DNA from: a virus
Taxonomy: Duplodnaviria; Heunggongvirae; Uroviricota; Caudoviricetes
Direction: 5' to 3' (one strand)
Virus record (IMG/VR): IMGVR_UViG_3300020045_006153
Coordinates: 275,550 to 339,549 of that record
DNA length: 64,000 nt
The notes under the pieces were generated by a model. That model searched no databases, was not told the DNA's origin, and saw only the letters and a program-made list of their open reading frames with translations. This document shows, in pieces, positions 22,201 through 32,002 of the stretch (position 1 is the first letter of the stretch; each line of letters begins with the position of its first letter). Position numbers and translations under genes: made by a program.

Positions 22201-22591
22201 TACAACTTTCCCAGGTGTTGGTATTGTAAATTATGGCCAATATACTCGCGCAAGAAATGCAAGTTCTTTAGATAGAATTAACGTTGCTCGCTTAGTATGC
22301 TACTTACGTAGACAATTAAGTATTCTTGCTCGTCCGTTCTTGTTTGAACCGAATGACAAGATTACACGTAATGAAATCAAAGCGGCCGCAGAAAGTCTAT
22401 TACTAGAATTAGTAGGACAACGTGCACTATACGACTTTATTGTGGTATGTGACAGTTCTAATAATACAAGTGCTAGAATTGATCGAAGCGAATTGTGGAT
22501 GGATATTGCTATTGAACCAGTTAAGGCTGTAGAGTTTATCTACATTCCACTTCGCTTGAAGAATACTGGCGCGATTGCTGCCGGTCTATAA
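19289..22591 (+). CDS. Contractile tail sheath protein (gp18-like) with large insertion domains
   Basis: LQSPGVQVSVIDES N-terminus; WFAPAGTRRG, INPI, DRINVARL, FEPND, PVKAVEFIYIP. Confidence 0.95.
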   Translation: MATLQSPGVQVSVIDESFYTPAAPGTVPLIFVASASNKSNASGTGTAPGTLAINAGKVWTITSQRDLTDTFGTPLFYTDASGNPVNGGELNEYGLQAAYSLLGVSSKAYITRADIDLGQLLPQASVPEGDPVSGTYWIDTNDSLYGVSQWDAINKVFTQVTPLLIDNTNKLSVADLSSNEWTPKDSFGTVGSYAMVVTSENTNQLWFKNTDNAWVVVGSNEESNFSATGFVSSAWQSSWPVAVSAGLGTITTGTITINTLSVSIAAAASVSDIVLAINTAAGSTHGVNAKVLGGKVAIYADATATSNGTLADGKLTLADGTITVASIGLIAQTYGAVALSVQSHTQYPQYGTGKNPSGSVYVKTTAPNYGASWLVKYFNGATQTWGTVSAPIYSSSAVATNTLDAAGGKNIATGTLFIEANYDHGIGSDSAPKLAEFKVYRRTAVSPTTIVGTYSTSTFASTATFQISETVAGSAIYANTSTITIPAGSAIADVVTKVSAAGLTNVSAVYNTDAGTFTLKHALGGDFKLTDGSNTPLLTLGFSAYNMTTKLGTANLYNTGSFDAEEFIASNWKPLVYEAKTTAPFSTPIDGQLWYSSVVDQVDIMYHNGDTWVGYKTAFPLSDPAGPQVSALAPATQSDGTDLVTGDIWISTADIELYGQAIYVWDGDLLKWIQQDPTDQTTPDGWLFRDARWATAGDLTESSTIIQLLSSDYLDPDAPDPALYPQGMRLWNLRRSGFNVKQYVSNYINVYDNDGKNARFGNDPMDDYAADRWVSVSPNNANGSGTFGRYAQRGFLVKGFKALIDTNAAIRDTDTLVFNLIACPGYSEAIQNMIAFNTDRGLTAFVIGDTPFRLKPTGTDLSAWGFNTNSAVDNNDVGGVSYDEYMAMFYPSGFTNDNTGNYIVVPPSHMMLRTIANSDAKSYQWFAPAGTRRGGVDNATSVGYILDGEFKPVALHESIRDVMASVKINPITTFPGVGIVNYGQYTRARNASSLDRINVARLVCYLRRQLSILARPFLFEPNDKITRNEIKAAAESLLLELVGQRALYDFIVVCDSSNNTSARIDRSELWMDIAIEPVKAVEFIYIPLRLKNTGAIAAGL

Positions 22592-22626
22592 TTAATAAAT
22601 ATAGTAAAGAAAAAGGAACACTTAAC

Positions 22627-23253
22627 ATGGCAATTTCCAGTCTAAGTAAATTAGGTGTCCCCCTTCAAGGGGACCAAAGCGCAGGCAATCAAGGCCTACT
22701 AATGCCAAAGCTGCAATATCGCTTTCGTGTGCTATTTGAAAATTTTGGTGTGAGCAAACCGACTACAGAACTAACAAAACAAGTTATTTCTACTACTCGC
22801 CCTTCTCCAGAATTTGAACAAATTACTCTTGATGTTTATAACAGCAAGATTAAGATGCCCGGCAAGCCAAAATGGAACGATATTTCTGTTATTGTACGCG
22901 ACGATGTTACTGGCGCAGTTAGTAAACTAGTCGGCGAACAAATTCAGAAACAATTTGACTTCTTTGAACAGTCTAGTGCTGCATCTGGCATTGATTATAA
23001 GTTCACTGCTAAGATTGAATTGCTTGACGGTGGTAACGGCGCGTATGAGCCAGGTGTTCTTGAAACATTTGAACTATATGGTTGCTATATTACTAAAGCA
23101 GAATATAAGTCTGCTGAATATAAAACAAGCGATGCAATGGATATTACAATTGGTATCTCGTATGATAATGCTATCCAAGTTAATCAATCTGGTGTCAACA
23201 CTGGTATTGGTGCAAACGTTGGACGTACTATACGTACACTTGCTACAGGCTAA
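22627..23253 (+). CDS. Tail tube protein (gp19-like)
   Basis: Directly follows the sheath; PKLQYRFRV, RP...ELYGC...ISYDNA. Confidence 0.8.
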   Translation: MAISSLSKLGVPLQGDQSAGNQGLLMPKLQYRFRVLFENFGVSKPTTELTKQVISTTRPSPEFEQITLDVYNSKIKMPGKPKWNDISVIVRDDVTGAVSKLVGEQIQKQFDFFEQSSAASGIDYKFTAKIELLDGGNGAYEPGVLETFELYGCYITKAEYKSAEYKTSDAMDITIGISYDNAIQVNQSGVNTGIGANVGRTIRTLATG

Positions 23254-23267
23254 TAACCAGAGTGCAG

Positions 23268-23296
23268 AAAAAGGGCGTAATTTACGCCCTTTTTTA
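23268..23296 (+). terminator. Intrinsic terminator
   Basis: aaaaagggcgtaa-t-ttacgccctttttt. Confidence 0.8.
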
Positions 23297-23312
23297 ATGA
23301 CTAAATAATAGC

Positions 23313-24515
23313 ATGTCTAATCCTTTTGTAAACTTTCTCTCTAGCATGGCCGACGGGTCAGGCGATATGCGTGATTATCAACATGCTTCTAGGTTGTATG
23401 TAAACAACACATACGAGTTAGCACCTAAAGCAGGTTGGATTTATTATGTTGTGTTGAATATAAATCCAGCAGTTGCATCTGCTATGTTAGATTCTAAAGT
23501 AGCAGCACAGTTTGCTACATGGCAATCTAGATACAAAGGCTCGGTAGGGCTATTAGCAAAGATGATCGATCTTCCTAAGTTTACAATTCAAACAGAAACA
23601 CTAAATCAGTATAATAAAAAAACAATTATACAGAAACAAATTATGTATAGTCCTATATCAGTTACATTTCATGATGATATGGCTAATTCAACAACTGATA
23701 TGTGGAAATTTTATTATCAATATTATTTTGCAGACAGCATAAATTCTGGAGTAACTTCGTCTCCACTTAGTATTTTACCTAAATATATGGATTCGAAATA
23801 TGCAGACAGTCAATCCGCGTATGGATTAAACAATAAACAATCAGTTCCTTTTTTTACATCAATTGATGTGTATCAATTACATAAGAAAAAATTTACTTCA
23901 TTTAAAATTGTTAACCCTATTATTAAAGAATGGGCGCACGATAGTCTTGATCAAACACAAGGTAATCGAACATTAACAAGTAAGATGACGGTTGATTATG
24001 AAACTATCATTTATAATACAAGTGCTGCAAATAAGTCAACTGAACAAAATCCTGGTTTTGGAACAGATCACTATGATAATACTCCAAGCCCTATTAGTGT
24101 TGGGGGAAACGGTGCTGTAAGTTTATTAGGTGGCGCGGGTGTGCTTGCTGGTGCAGATGATATTTTTGGTGATTTACAGAACTTAGATTCAATGAGTCCA
24201 TTAGACATGATGAATACGGCACTAAAAGCAAATTCATTATTAAAAAATGTTAAGAACTTATCAGTTGCAGGATTAAAACAAGAAGGAGTAGGAGTAATCA
24301 ATAATGCATTAGCAGGAATGGTATCATCTCCGTCTTCAGTAGTTGGGTTAGATGGCACCGTTACAAAAGTCCCTACTTCTGATCGAATAGGCGCTGGTGT
24401 AAGTTCTGCAATATCTGGTATTGCTGCTTCTTTTTCTCCAATTGGCATAAAACTTTTCAGTGGTGCAGGATCATTTGTAAATAATACAACAGCAGCATCT
24501 CAAACAAAAACTTAA
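23313..24515 (+). CDS. Tube-fold baseplate/tail initiator protein (gp48/gp54-like)
   Basis: DLPKFTIQTETLNQYN, ISVTFHDD; position after the tube gene. Confidence 0.6.
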   Translation: MSNPFVNFLSSMADGSGDMRDYQHASRLYVNNTYELAPKAGWIYYVVLNINPAVASAMLDSKVAAQFATWQSRYKGSVGLLAKMIDLPKFTIQTETLNQYNKKTIIQKQIMYSPISVTFHDDMANSTTDMWKFYYQYYFADSINSGVTSSPLSILPKYMDSKYADSQSAYGLNNKQSVPFFTSIDVYQLHKKKFTSFKIVNPIIKEWAHDSLDQTQGNRTLTSKMTVDYETIIYNTSAANKSTEQNPGFGTDHYDNTPSPISVGGNGAVSLLGGAGVLAGADDIFGDLQNLDSMSPLDMMNTALKANSLLKNVKNLSVAGLKQEGVGVINNALAGMVSSPSSVVGLDGTVTKVPTSDRIGAGVSSAISGIAASFSPIGIKLFSGAGSFVNNTTAASQTKT

Positions 24516-24518
24516 TAT

Positions 24519-24893
24519 ATGACAACACTTAGCAATTTGCCCAAACCAAAATCAACATCAAATTCTGATGCTACGTTGAAAGTATTCAATCAATATTTTG
24601 ATCTTCCTATTGAATTAAATAATACTGAACTAGTTGCAATGACTGGGTTTTTTGCTGCACGAGGGTTTGATGAAGTTGCTGCCGAATCTACAGCAATTAC
24701 TATATTAACACAAGCAAAGAAAGATAATTTTAGTGGTATGCAAGTTATGGACACATTATCTGGTCTTGATACAGTGAGTATTAGTAATCTAGTTGCAGAA
24801 ATATTAAATTTTAATAGATTTAAAACTAGTATAATCGGAGTTACACAATTAAGCACTCCTTCTGCAGAAGTAATTCGGAATATAGTTGCATGA
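24519..24893 (+). CDS. Hypothetical (virion module)
   Basis: Tightly coupled ORF. Confidence 0.6.
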   Translation: MTTLSNLPKPKSTSNSDATLKVFNQYFDLPIELNNTELVAMTGFFAARGFDEVAAESTAITILTQAKKDNFSGMQVMDTLSGLDTVSISNLVAEILNFNRFKTSIIGVTQLSTPSAEVIRNIVA

Positions 24894-25327
24894 GTTTAAA
24901 ATTTAGTCAAGGTAACTATACAGTTAAGAATCCTGAGAAATATATCGGCCTAGGAGTTCCGCGATATCGTTCATCTTGGGAACTTTCTGTTATGCGTATG
25001 TGCGATGAAAATCCTGCAATTAATCAATGGGCTAGCGAAAGCGTAAAGATTCCGTATAAGGACCCATTGACTGGTAAAGCAACTGTATATGTTCCAGATT
25101 TTCTTGTAGTGTTTATTGATAAAAATCAAAAGAAACGTGCTGAACTTTGGGAGATTAAGCCTGCTAATCAAGCATTCAAAGAAAACGTCGGCAAGAATAA
25201 GTATAATCAAGCACAGTTTATTCGTAATCAGATAAAATGGGCAGCGGCTCAAAATTGGTGCAAACAAAATAATGTCCAATTTAGAATTATAACGGAGAGA
25301 GATCTCTATCATACAGGCAAGAAATAA
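24890..25327 (+). CDS. Head completion nuclease (T4 gp4-like, TnsA fold)
   Basis: NPEKY, YRSSWE, WASE, YVPDF, EIKP, KWAAA, FRIITE. Confidence 0.9.
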   Translation: MSLKFSQGNYTVKNPEKYIGLGVPRYRSSWELSVMRMCDENPAINQWASESVKIPYKDPLTGKATVYVPDFLVVFIDKNQKKRAELWEIKPANQAFKENVGKNKYNQAQFIRNQIKWAAAQNWCKQNNVQFRIITERDLYHTGKK

Positions 25328-25800
25328 TGACAAAACGATTAGAAGAGATTTTAAATATTGAACCAATTACTGAGAAAATAATTCTTCCAGTAGATGCTCC
25401 TCAATTGAAACCTATTAATTTACAAGATAAGTTAGAAGAATTTGATAAAATTGCAGCCGCCCTGCCGCGTGTTAAAGGCCTTGGGGATATGGCTGACGAC
25501 GAACTCGATACACTTGCAAAAAAAGCAGAACAAGCATACGACGATCTTATGGATTTAGGAATGAATGTTGAAGCAAAATACGGTTCAAGGATGTTCGAAG
25601 TTGCAGCAAGTATGATGGGCCAGGCAATTGCTGCAAAGAGTGCGAAAATAGATAAAAAACTTAAGATGGTAGAATTACAACTTAAAAAACTTGCGATTGA
25701 TAAGAAAAACGGTACAACCGACGAGAATGAAGTGCAAGGAGAAGGGTATATTCTTACTGATCGTAACAGCATACTTGAAAAACTTCGCAACTTGAAATAA
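25327..25800 (+). CDS. Probable terminase small subunit (gp16-like)
   Basis: Helical; SRMFEVA...KLKMVELQLKK...DRNSIL pattern; upstream of the large subunit. Confidence 0.5.
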   Translation: MTKRLEEILNIEPITEKIILPVDAPQLKPINLQDKLEEFDKIAAALPRVKGLGDMADDELDTLAKKAEQAYDDLMDLGMNVEAKYGSRMFEVAASMMGQAIAAKSAKIDKKLKMVELQLKKLAIDKKNGTTDENEVQGEGYILTDRNSILEKLRNLK

Positions 25801-25823
25801 ATAAAGCATAGGATATTAACATC

Positions 25824-26417
25824 ATGAACAAACAGTTTAAAGACTACTTAACAGAAAGTGCAAAAAAATACGAGTTCCGTATTAAAATTGCTGGCCCTGT
25901 TACATCTGAACAAGAAAAAACAATGGAAGCATTGTTAGGAAAATTTCAAGTTTCTGGATTTAAAAAAGCCGGAGTTACTCCAATACAGGAATTGCCTTTA
26001 GATTTTCCTAAAATTAAAAATTCCGAAGTACACATTTACGAAGTTACTTTAGATTATCCAAGTACACAATGGGAACTACACGAATATCTTTGCTCAAATT
26101 CAAATATTGCAAAAGAATCGTTAGTAGTACGTCGCCCTGGCGAACCATTAGAAGAATATCAAAAACCTGTTGAAAAGCGAGAAGGTGCGTTGTTAACAGA
26201 TAGCGAATACAAAGAATCTCCAAATGCAAATATGGACGATTATTATGGTGACAAATATAACACCGGATTTGTAAAAGAATTAAACGATATTTTAAAATTA
26301 CAACGTAAAGCACAAGGACAGGTAATTCCTGAAACGGCTGATGTAAAATATAGCACTGATGCTGCTATTAATTCCTCTAGTTTGCTAAAGCAAGCACAAA
26401 ATCCAAGAAAGAAATAA
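25824..26417 (+). CDS. Hypothetical, probable head-associated protein
   Basis: FKDYLTES N-terminus typical of T4-like processed head proteins. Confidence 0.55.
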   Translation: MNKQFKDYLTESAKKYEFRIKIAGPVTSEQEKTMEALLGKFQVSGFKKAGVTPIQELPLDFPKIKNSEVHIYEVTLDYPSTQWELHEYLCSNSNIAKESLVVRRPGEPLEEYQKPVEKREGALLTDSEYKESPNANMDDYYGDKYNTGFVKELNDILKLQRKAQGQVIPETADVKYSTDAAINSSSLLKQAQNPRKK

Positions 26418-26418
26418 T

Positions 26419-28065
26419 ATGAACATGATTAATTTAATGCAACGTCTTGCAGAATTAGACGCAAAAAATCCTAAAATTGTTAAAGAGGCCGCATGGGAAT
26501 CTCCTGAAGAAAAAGATGAAATTGCAAAACATACTCAAAATTTTAAAACAGCACATGCATCAGGTGATACAGCAGGCATGGAACAACATCGTAAAGCAGT
26601 ACAAGTTGCCCGCGAAAAAGCAAGAGTAGCAGCCGGCCCGCGCGACTACAAGTCTGGTGGACCACCAGAGGGCTGGCCATTAGATGAAAATACTCCAGGG
26701 CGCATTAAATATGACGAAATGCGAAATAAGATTGTTAACGTAATTATTAAATTATATGATCAACCAGGCGCAACAGCAGAAACTATTAAACAGATGGGGG
26801 ATCGTGTTGCAACTCACTTAGGTTATGATCCTGAAGATCCTATTTTTCAAGATGCATGGATTGAGTCATTTACTGATGCAGATTTATCTGGTGCGTTTGA
26901 TAAAGAGCCAGAAGATGATTATACTGATTACAGCATGCGTCAAGGCGAAAGAGGCAATCCGGATCAACGAGATAGATGGAACGGCGATGAACAAGGCGAC
27001 GACATGTACGAAACAAAAGGAAATCAAATGGAAAATTTAAATTTAGCAAGTCTAAGAATGCTATCAGGCATTAAAACAAAAATGAAAGAATGTGGTATTC
27101 CTATGTTAGGCGGCATGTCGGGTCAGTCGAGTATTCCTGCAAGTATTACTGCAACTGCTGGATCTGGCCGCGAACTTAGTGATATGCTTAAGGACATTAT
27201 GTCATTAGCGGGTGTTAAGCCGGTTACTCAAAATGATATGCCTATTGAACCAACTGCAACTTCGACGCCTGTAGCAAAAGTTGGCCAACCTGATATGAAA
27301 GATTTAATGGCAATGGTTACTGACGAGCCGGACGCAGAAATCGATGGGATGAATGACGGTGATGATTTTAGTCAAGACAATGAACCCGAAGATGAAAGTT
27401 TAAGCGGTTCTATTGCAGGCGGCACAATTGGTGCAGCAGCAGGTGGACCAATCGGTGCAAAAATTGGATCAGAGATCGGTGATGAATTAACTGACGAAGA
27501 CTGGACAATGGATAACGATGTCGAAATGACAGGCAAGATTGAAATTAACCATGGCAACCGCCCGTATGATAATAGTCCAAGCGAGAAAATGGGGCAAGAC
27601 GGAGTTCGCCAATTTGGTGATATGGGGGCCGGCGGAACAGGCGATAGAATGGACGGCAATGCTCCTAAAGCACAAGCAACTGATATGGCAGAATCGTTAT
27701 TTGCACAGTATAAGAAATTTGTTGCAGAAGCAGGTCCTGATAAGAAAGATGTTCCAGCATGGAAACGTAAGGAAAAAGGCGGTGATTGGAAAGTTTCTAA
27801 ATCTGATTTAGAAAAAGAAAAAGATAGTCGTATTAGTGATCCTAAAACACTTGCAAAGAATAGTGGTAAGAAAGTAGATGAAGCGGCTGATAAACGTGCA
27901 GCAATTCAGGCTAAGTTAGATAACGCAAAAGCAAAAGCAGAAGCAAATAGGAAAGCCGGTGGTAGATTATACCCAATTGAAGATACTGATGCAGAAATTA
28001 AAAAGCATACAGCGGCACTAAAGGCATTAGGCGAAAGTAAAAAATCGACACAAGGTAAACTATAA
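26419..28065 (+). CDS. Acidic low-complexity protein, probable internal head protein
   Basis: Charged modules separated by (V/L)xE sites; terminator follows. Confidence 0.5.
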   Translation: MNMINLMQRLAELDAKNPKIVKEAAWESPEEKDEIAKHTQNFKTAHASGDTAGMEQHRKAVQVAREKARVAAGPRDYKSGGPPEGWPLDENTPGRIKYDEMRNKIVNVIIKLYDQPGATAETIKQMGDRVATHLGYDPEDPIFQDAWIESFTDADLSGAFDKEPEDDYTDYSMRQGERGNPDQRDRWNGDEQGDDMYETKGNQMENLNLASLRMLSGIKTKMKECGIPMLGGMSGQSSIPASITATAGSGRELSDMLKDIMSLAGVKPVTQNDMPIEPTATSTPVAKVGQPDMKDLMAMVTDEPDAEIDGMNDGDDFSQDNEPEDESLSGSIAGGTIGAAAGGPIGAKIGSEIGDELTDEDWTMDNDVEMTGKIEINHGNRPYDNSPSEKMGQDGVRQFGDMGAGGTGDRMDGNAPKAQATDMAESLFAQYKKFVAEAGPDKKDVPAWKRKEKGGDWKVSKSDLEKEKDSRISDPKTLAKNSGKKVDEAADKRAAIQAKLDNAKAKAEANRKAGGRLYPIEDTDAEIKKHTAALKALGESKKSTQGKL

Positions 28066-28081
28066 GTAGGTTTACTATCAG

Positions 28082-28107
28082 ATAGCCTCTTCGGAGGCTA
28101 TTCTTTT
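28082..28107 (+). terminator. Intrinsic terminator (UUCG loop)
   Basis: atagcctc-ttcg-gaggctat-tctttt. Confidence 0.8.
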
Positions 28108-28121
28108 CTGTAAATAACAAT

Positions 28122-29711
28122 ATGGCAACAAGATCACTCGATGGCAATTTAATAAAAAAAGCCAATATTAACTATCGCTGGACAGCACAGCAAGTTGAAG
28201 ATTTAGCAAAATGTCAGGATCCCGAAACAGGACCTGCGTATTTTCTTGAAAACTTTTTCTTTATTCAGCATCCTACTAAGGGTAAAATTCAATATCAAGC
28301 GTTTGATTATCAAAAGGATTTACTAGACAGTTACCATACAAATCGTTTTAGTGTAAACATGCTAGGACGTCAGATGGGTAAAACGACCACTGCGGTAGGT
28401 TACTTGTTATGGTATGCAATGTTTGTAGATGATAGTACGATCCTAATTGCAGCGCACAAATATACAGGCGCTCAGGAAATTATGCAACGTTTACGTTATG
28501 GATATGAAACATGCCCGGATCATATTCGTGCTGGTGTGACTGAATATAATAAGCAAAGTTTAACATTCGAAAACGGATCGCGTATTGTTGCACAAACAAC
28601 AACAGAAACAACTGGACGGGGTATGTCTGTTTCTATGTTATATTGTGACGAGTTTGCATACGTAGAACCAAATATTGCAGTTGAATTCTGGACTTCTATA
28701 TCGCCGACACTTGCAACTGGTGGTAAAGCAATTATTACATCTACTCCAAACAGTGACGAAGATCAATTTGCTCAAATTTGGAATGAAGCAAACAAAAGAT
28801 TTGACGAACATGGAAATTCCACACACTTAGGCAAAAACGGATTTCATCCATTTATTGCAGTATGGAGTCAACATCCAGATCGTGACGAAGAATGGGCAAA
28901 CGCAGAACGTAGTCGTGTCGGTGTTGAACGTTTTGAACGTGAACACGAATGTAAATTCTTAATCTTTGATGAAACTCTTATTAATGCTATAAGTTTGTCG
29001 GATTTAGAAGGTGACGAACCTATTATGAAAATGGGGCAAGCACGTTGGTATAAAAAAATTAACCCTTTATCAACTTATATCGTTAGTCTTGATCCATCGT
29101 TAGGCACCGGCGGCGACTATTCTGCAATACAAATCCTCGAAATTCCTTCAATGGAACAAGTATGTGAATGGCATCATAATATGACTCCTGTACAAGCGCA
29201 AGCTCGTATTCTTCGAGATTTATTAAAACAAATTGATATGAAATGTTCTGATGCAGGGGTAACTCCTAGTATATATTACTCTGTGGAAAATAATACAATT
29301 GGTGAAGCAGCATTAGTTGCAATTAACGAGTTAGGGGAAGAAACATTGCCTGGCTTATTTCTAAGCGAACCAATTAAGAAAGGACATGTACGTAGATTCC
29401 GCAAGGGATTTAATACTACGCATGCGGCTAAAATTAGTGCTTGTGCAAAATTAAAACAACTAATTGAAACCCATAGTTTAAAGATACATAGTAAGTCGCT
29501 AGTAAGTGAACTTAAGACTTTTGTTGCAAATGGCCTTACATATAAAGCCAAAACCGGGCAGCATGATGATTTAGTTGCTAGTTTATTACTTGCAATTCGT
29601 ATGATTATGATGTTACAAGATTGGGATCCGAGCATTTACGATAAAATGAGAGATCACACCGGGTTAGAAGAGCACGATTTACCGTTGCCTATATACTTTA
29701 GTTCTTATTAA
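28122..29711 (+). CDS. Terminase large subunit (gp17-like)
   Basis: GRQMGKTT Walker A, LYCDEFA Walker B, ITSTPN, DPSLGTGGDYS, HDDLV. Confidence 0.96.
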   Translation: MATRSLDGNLIKKANINYRWTAQQVEDLAKCQDPETGPAYFLENFFFIQHPTKGKIQYQAFDYQKDLLDSYHTNRFSVNMLGRQMGKTTTAVGYLLWYAMFVDDSTILIAAHKYTGAQEIMQRLRYGYETCPDHIRAGVTEYNKQSLTFENGSRIVAQTTTETTGRGMSVSMLYCDEFAYVEPNIAVEFWTSISPTLATGGKAIITSTPNSDEDQFAQIWNEANKRFDEHGNSTHLGKNGFHPFIAVWSQHPDRDEEWANAERSRVGVERFEREHECKFLIFDETLINAISLSDLEGDEPIMKMGQARWYKKINPLSTYIVSLDPSLGTGGDYSAIQILEIPSMEQVCEWHHNMTPVQAQARILRDLLKQIDMKCSDAGVTPSIYYSVENNTIGEAALVAINELGEETLPGLFLSEPIKKGHVRRFRKGFNTTHAAKISACAKLKQLIETHSLKIHSKSLVSELKTFVANGLTYKAKTGQHDDLVASLLLAIRMIMMLQDWDPSIYDKMRDHTGLEEHDLPLPIYFSSY

Positions 29712-29723
29712 TATAAATACAGA

Positions 29724-31856
29724 ATGATGAACGCAATTGAACTTATTTCCCAAGACCTGTTTGATAAAGTTAGAAGCCGTTATTCAAACCTAGAAATGGG
29801 CGACGAAGATGGAAATTCTACTTCAGATCCTAGAGGCGCAAGATTTTTTGATTTTGATTATACAATCGAAGGTAACAACTTAGGCCGTGTAAGCATTTCA
29901 ATTAATGAACGTGGAGCATTAAAAGTATTTTATGGACAAGGCATATTAGAAGATGCTGATCCTATTACACAAGAAATGTGGTTTAATTTTTTAAAAGAAA
30001 TGCGTAATTTTGCTAAACGTAGACTATTGCGATTCGACACACGCGATATTACTAAAGCAAATCTAGATAAAACCGATTTTCAATATCTCGCCTCAACTGG
30101 CTCTAAGGAAGACACTATGTCAGAAAATAAAATGTTTGGTAGCAGCAAAAGTAGTTACTTACCAATGGAAAAAACAAAATTAATCATTCGCCATAATAAA
30201 GCAGTTGATGAAGAACAGCGTGGCGCTCGCAGCCGCGGCAATAATATTAGTTCGATTTATATTGAAAATGCAGAAGGTGAACGTTTTAAATATCCGTATG
30301 TACATTTAGCAGGGGGCAAGGCTATGCAACGTCACGTTGCTAACGGTGGCCGCCCGTATGATGAGCATGGCCAAGCAATCATTAAGATGAGTGAACAAAT
30401 TGCTCAATTAACTGCATTTAAGCGGCACGTTGGTCACCATGATTCAATGCACAATGAAGCAAATGATATTATGGAGAAAGCATCAGTAAAGTTAGAAACA
30501 TTACGTGGGCACATTAACAATTTAAGTAAGCAAGGGCATTACCAAGCATGGAAAGAGTCGTTTGCTTCAAATGGTGAAGCAGAAGAAATGGTAATGGATC
30601 AGGCTACTATGGAAAATTACAAAAGTAAGTTTACAGTTAGCACATTTTCAGAAGATTTAACTCAATATTTTCCATTAATTTATTCTATCATGCATGAGGC
30701 CGGCGATGTAGATTTAGATGATTATGTAGGTGAAAGTGGTCACGGCGCCGAATGTAAAAAATGCAATTGTGATCCATGTGAATGCAATAAAAAGAAAGTT
30801 GACGAATTTGCATCATTTGAATCATGGGCAAATGCATTAGCAGAAGGAACAATCGGACCTGATACTATTGCTGCATTAAAAGAATTACTAGGTAATGAAA
30901 AATTTACTTTAGGAGTTGATGGTACAAGTGCAATCGAAGCACTCGAAGGCATTGGAATTACTGATAATGAATTAAATGATGCACTAATCAAACTAGCAAC
31001 ACTTAACCCTAAAGCAGATCCTATTCCTACTATTAGCGCATGGATTACTACAGTTGATCCAGCAGCAGCGCAGCAATTAGGATTAGATCAAGATCAAGCA
31101 ACTGCTGAAGAACCAGCAGAGGATATGGCCGATAGTCAAGAACAGCGCCCAGAGCCTAGCATACGCGAGATTGCTGAAATGGTAAAATCATTTTATGATA
31201 GAGAAACTGGTAATTTTCCATTAGGCGAAACTGGTGTTATTACTAAGATTAAGAAAGAATTAGGCGATAGAGCAGGAGCATTGGCCGAGAGATTAGTACA
31301 ACATTTAGCAGCACAATCTGGGCAACAATCTAATGATCACGAAGTTGAAGAAAGCGGACCTTGGGACCATGTTGAATATGCACCCGGCGACCGCGCAAGA
31401 TTATCACCAGATGATATCAATAGACAAAATAGAGCAGGTTCCCCAGACAATTCTAAAGTTCCTATGATACGTGATAAACACGGTCGAATGATACCTGATC
31501 CATTTGCAGCAAAGAAAGCAGCAATGGCACATGGTCGCGTAGGGCAATATGAAGGAGCAGTTAACGAAATGTCTCCTGAGAAATTAGGCAAATATGTTAA
31601 CAAAGCACAATGGCAACATGATTCATTAGAACGCAGAAATGCAATGAGCACTAAGAATCCAGGCCCTGGCAGTCTTGGAAAGTTCTCTAAGAATGAGAAA
31701 AAGCAAATGAAACGTAAATCTGGAATTGAACAGGCTAAGAATAAAATTGCAAATAAGGTATCTGAATCAGTTGACACAACTAAGGCTGCATTAACTGAAA
31801 GCATTGATAATAAATTGTTTAACGACATAATGAAGTTATCCGGATTAAAGAAATAA
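29724..31856 (+). CDS. Large hypothetical protein, probably virion-associated
   Basis: Long ORF after a TATAAATA motif; C-terminal modules delimited by VxE sites. Confidence 0.6.
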   Translation: MMNAIELISQDLFDKVRSRYSNLEMGDEDGNSTSDPRGARFFDFDYTIEGNNLGRVSISINERGALKVFYGQGILEDADPITQEMWFNFLKEMRNFAKRRLLRFDTRDITKANLDKTDFQYLASTGSKEDTMSENKMFGSSKSSYLPMEKTKLIIRHNKAVDEEQRGARSRGNNISSIYIENAEGERFKYPYVHLAGGKAMQRHVANGGRPYDEHGQAIIKMSEQIAQLTAFKRHVGHHDSMHNEANDIMEKASVKLETLRGHINNLSKQGHYQAWKESFASNGEAEEMVMDQATMENYKSKFTVSTFSEDLTQYFPLIYSIMHEAGDVDLDDYVGESGHGAECKKCNCDPCECNKKKVDEFASFESWANALAEGTIGPDTIAALKELLGNEKFTLGVDGTSAIEALEGIGITDNELNDALIKLATLNPKADPIPTISAWITTVDPAAAQQLGLDQDQATAEEPAEDMADSQEQRPEPSIREIAEMVKSFYDRETGNFPLGETGVITKIKKELGDRAGALAERLVQHLAAQSGQQSNDHEVEESGPWDHVEYAPGDRARLSPDDINRQNRAGSPDNSKVPMIRDKHGRMIPDPFAAKKAAMAHGRVGQYEGAVNEMSPEKLGKYVNKAQWQHDSLERRNAMSTKNPGPGSLGKFSKNEKKQMKRKSGIEQAKNKIANKVSESVDTTKAALTESIDNKLFNDIMKLSGLKK

Positions 31857-31907
31857 TCGGCTAAACGACTCCTATAATTAGCAGCCATTTATGTTGCGAT
31901 GATAAAT

Positions 31908-31940
31908 AAAACTGTGCATAATAATGTTATGCACAGTTTT
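31908..31940. promoter_or_regulatory. Inverted repeat in the promoter region upstream of the SSB gene
   Basis: aaaactgtgcata-taatgt-tatgcacagtttt, containing TATAAT. Confidence 0.55.
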
Positions 31941-32002
31941 TCTTTTAGTCAGTTGGCTTTAAGAGAGCGGCACATAAAATTAAATTATTAAGGAAAATCA
32001 TT

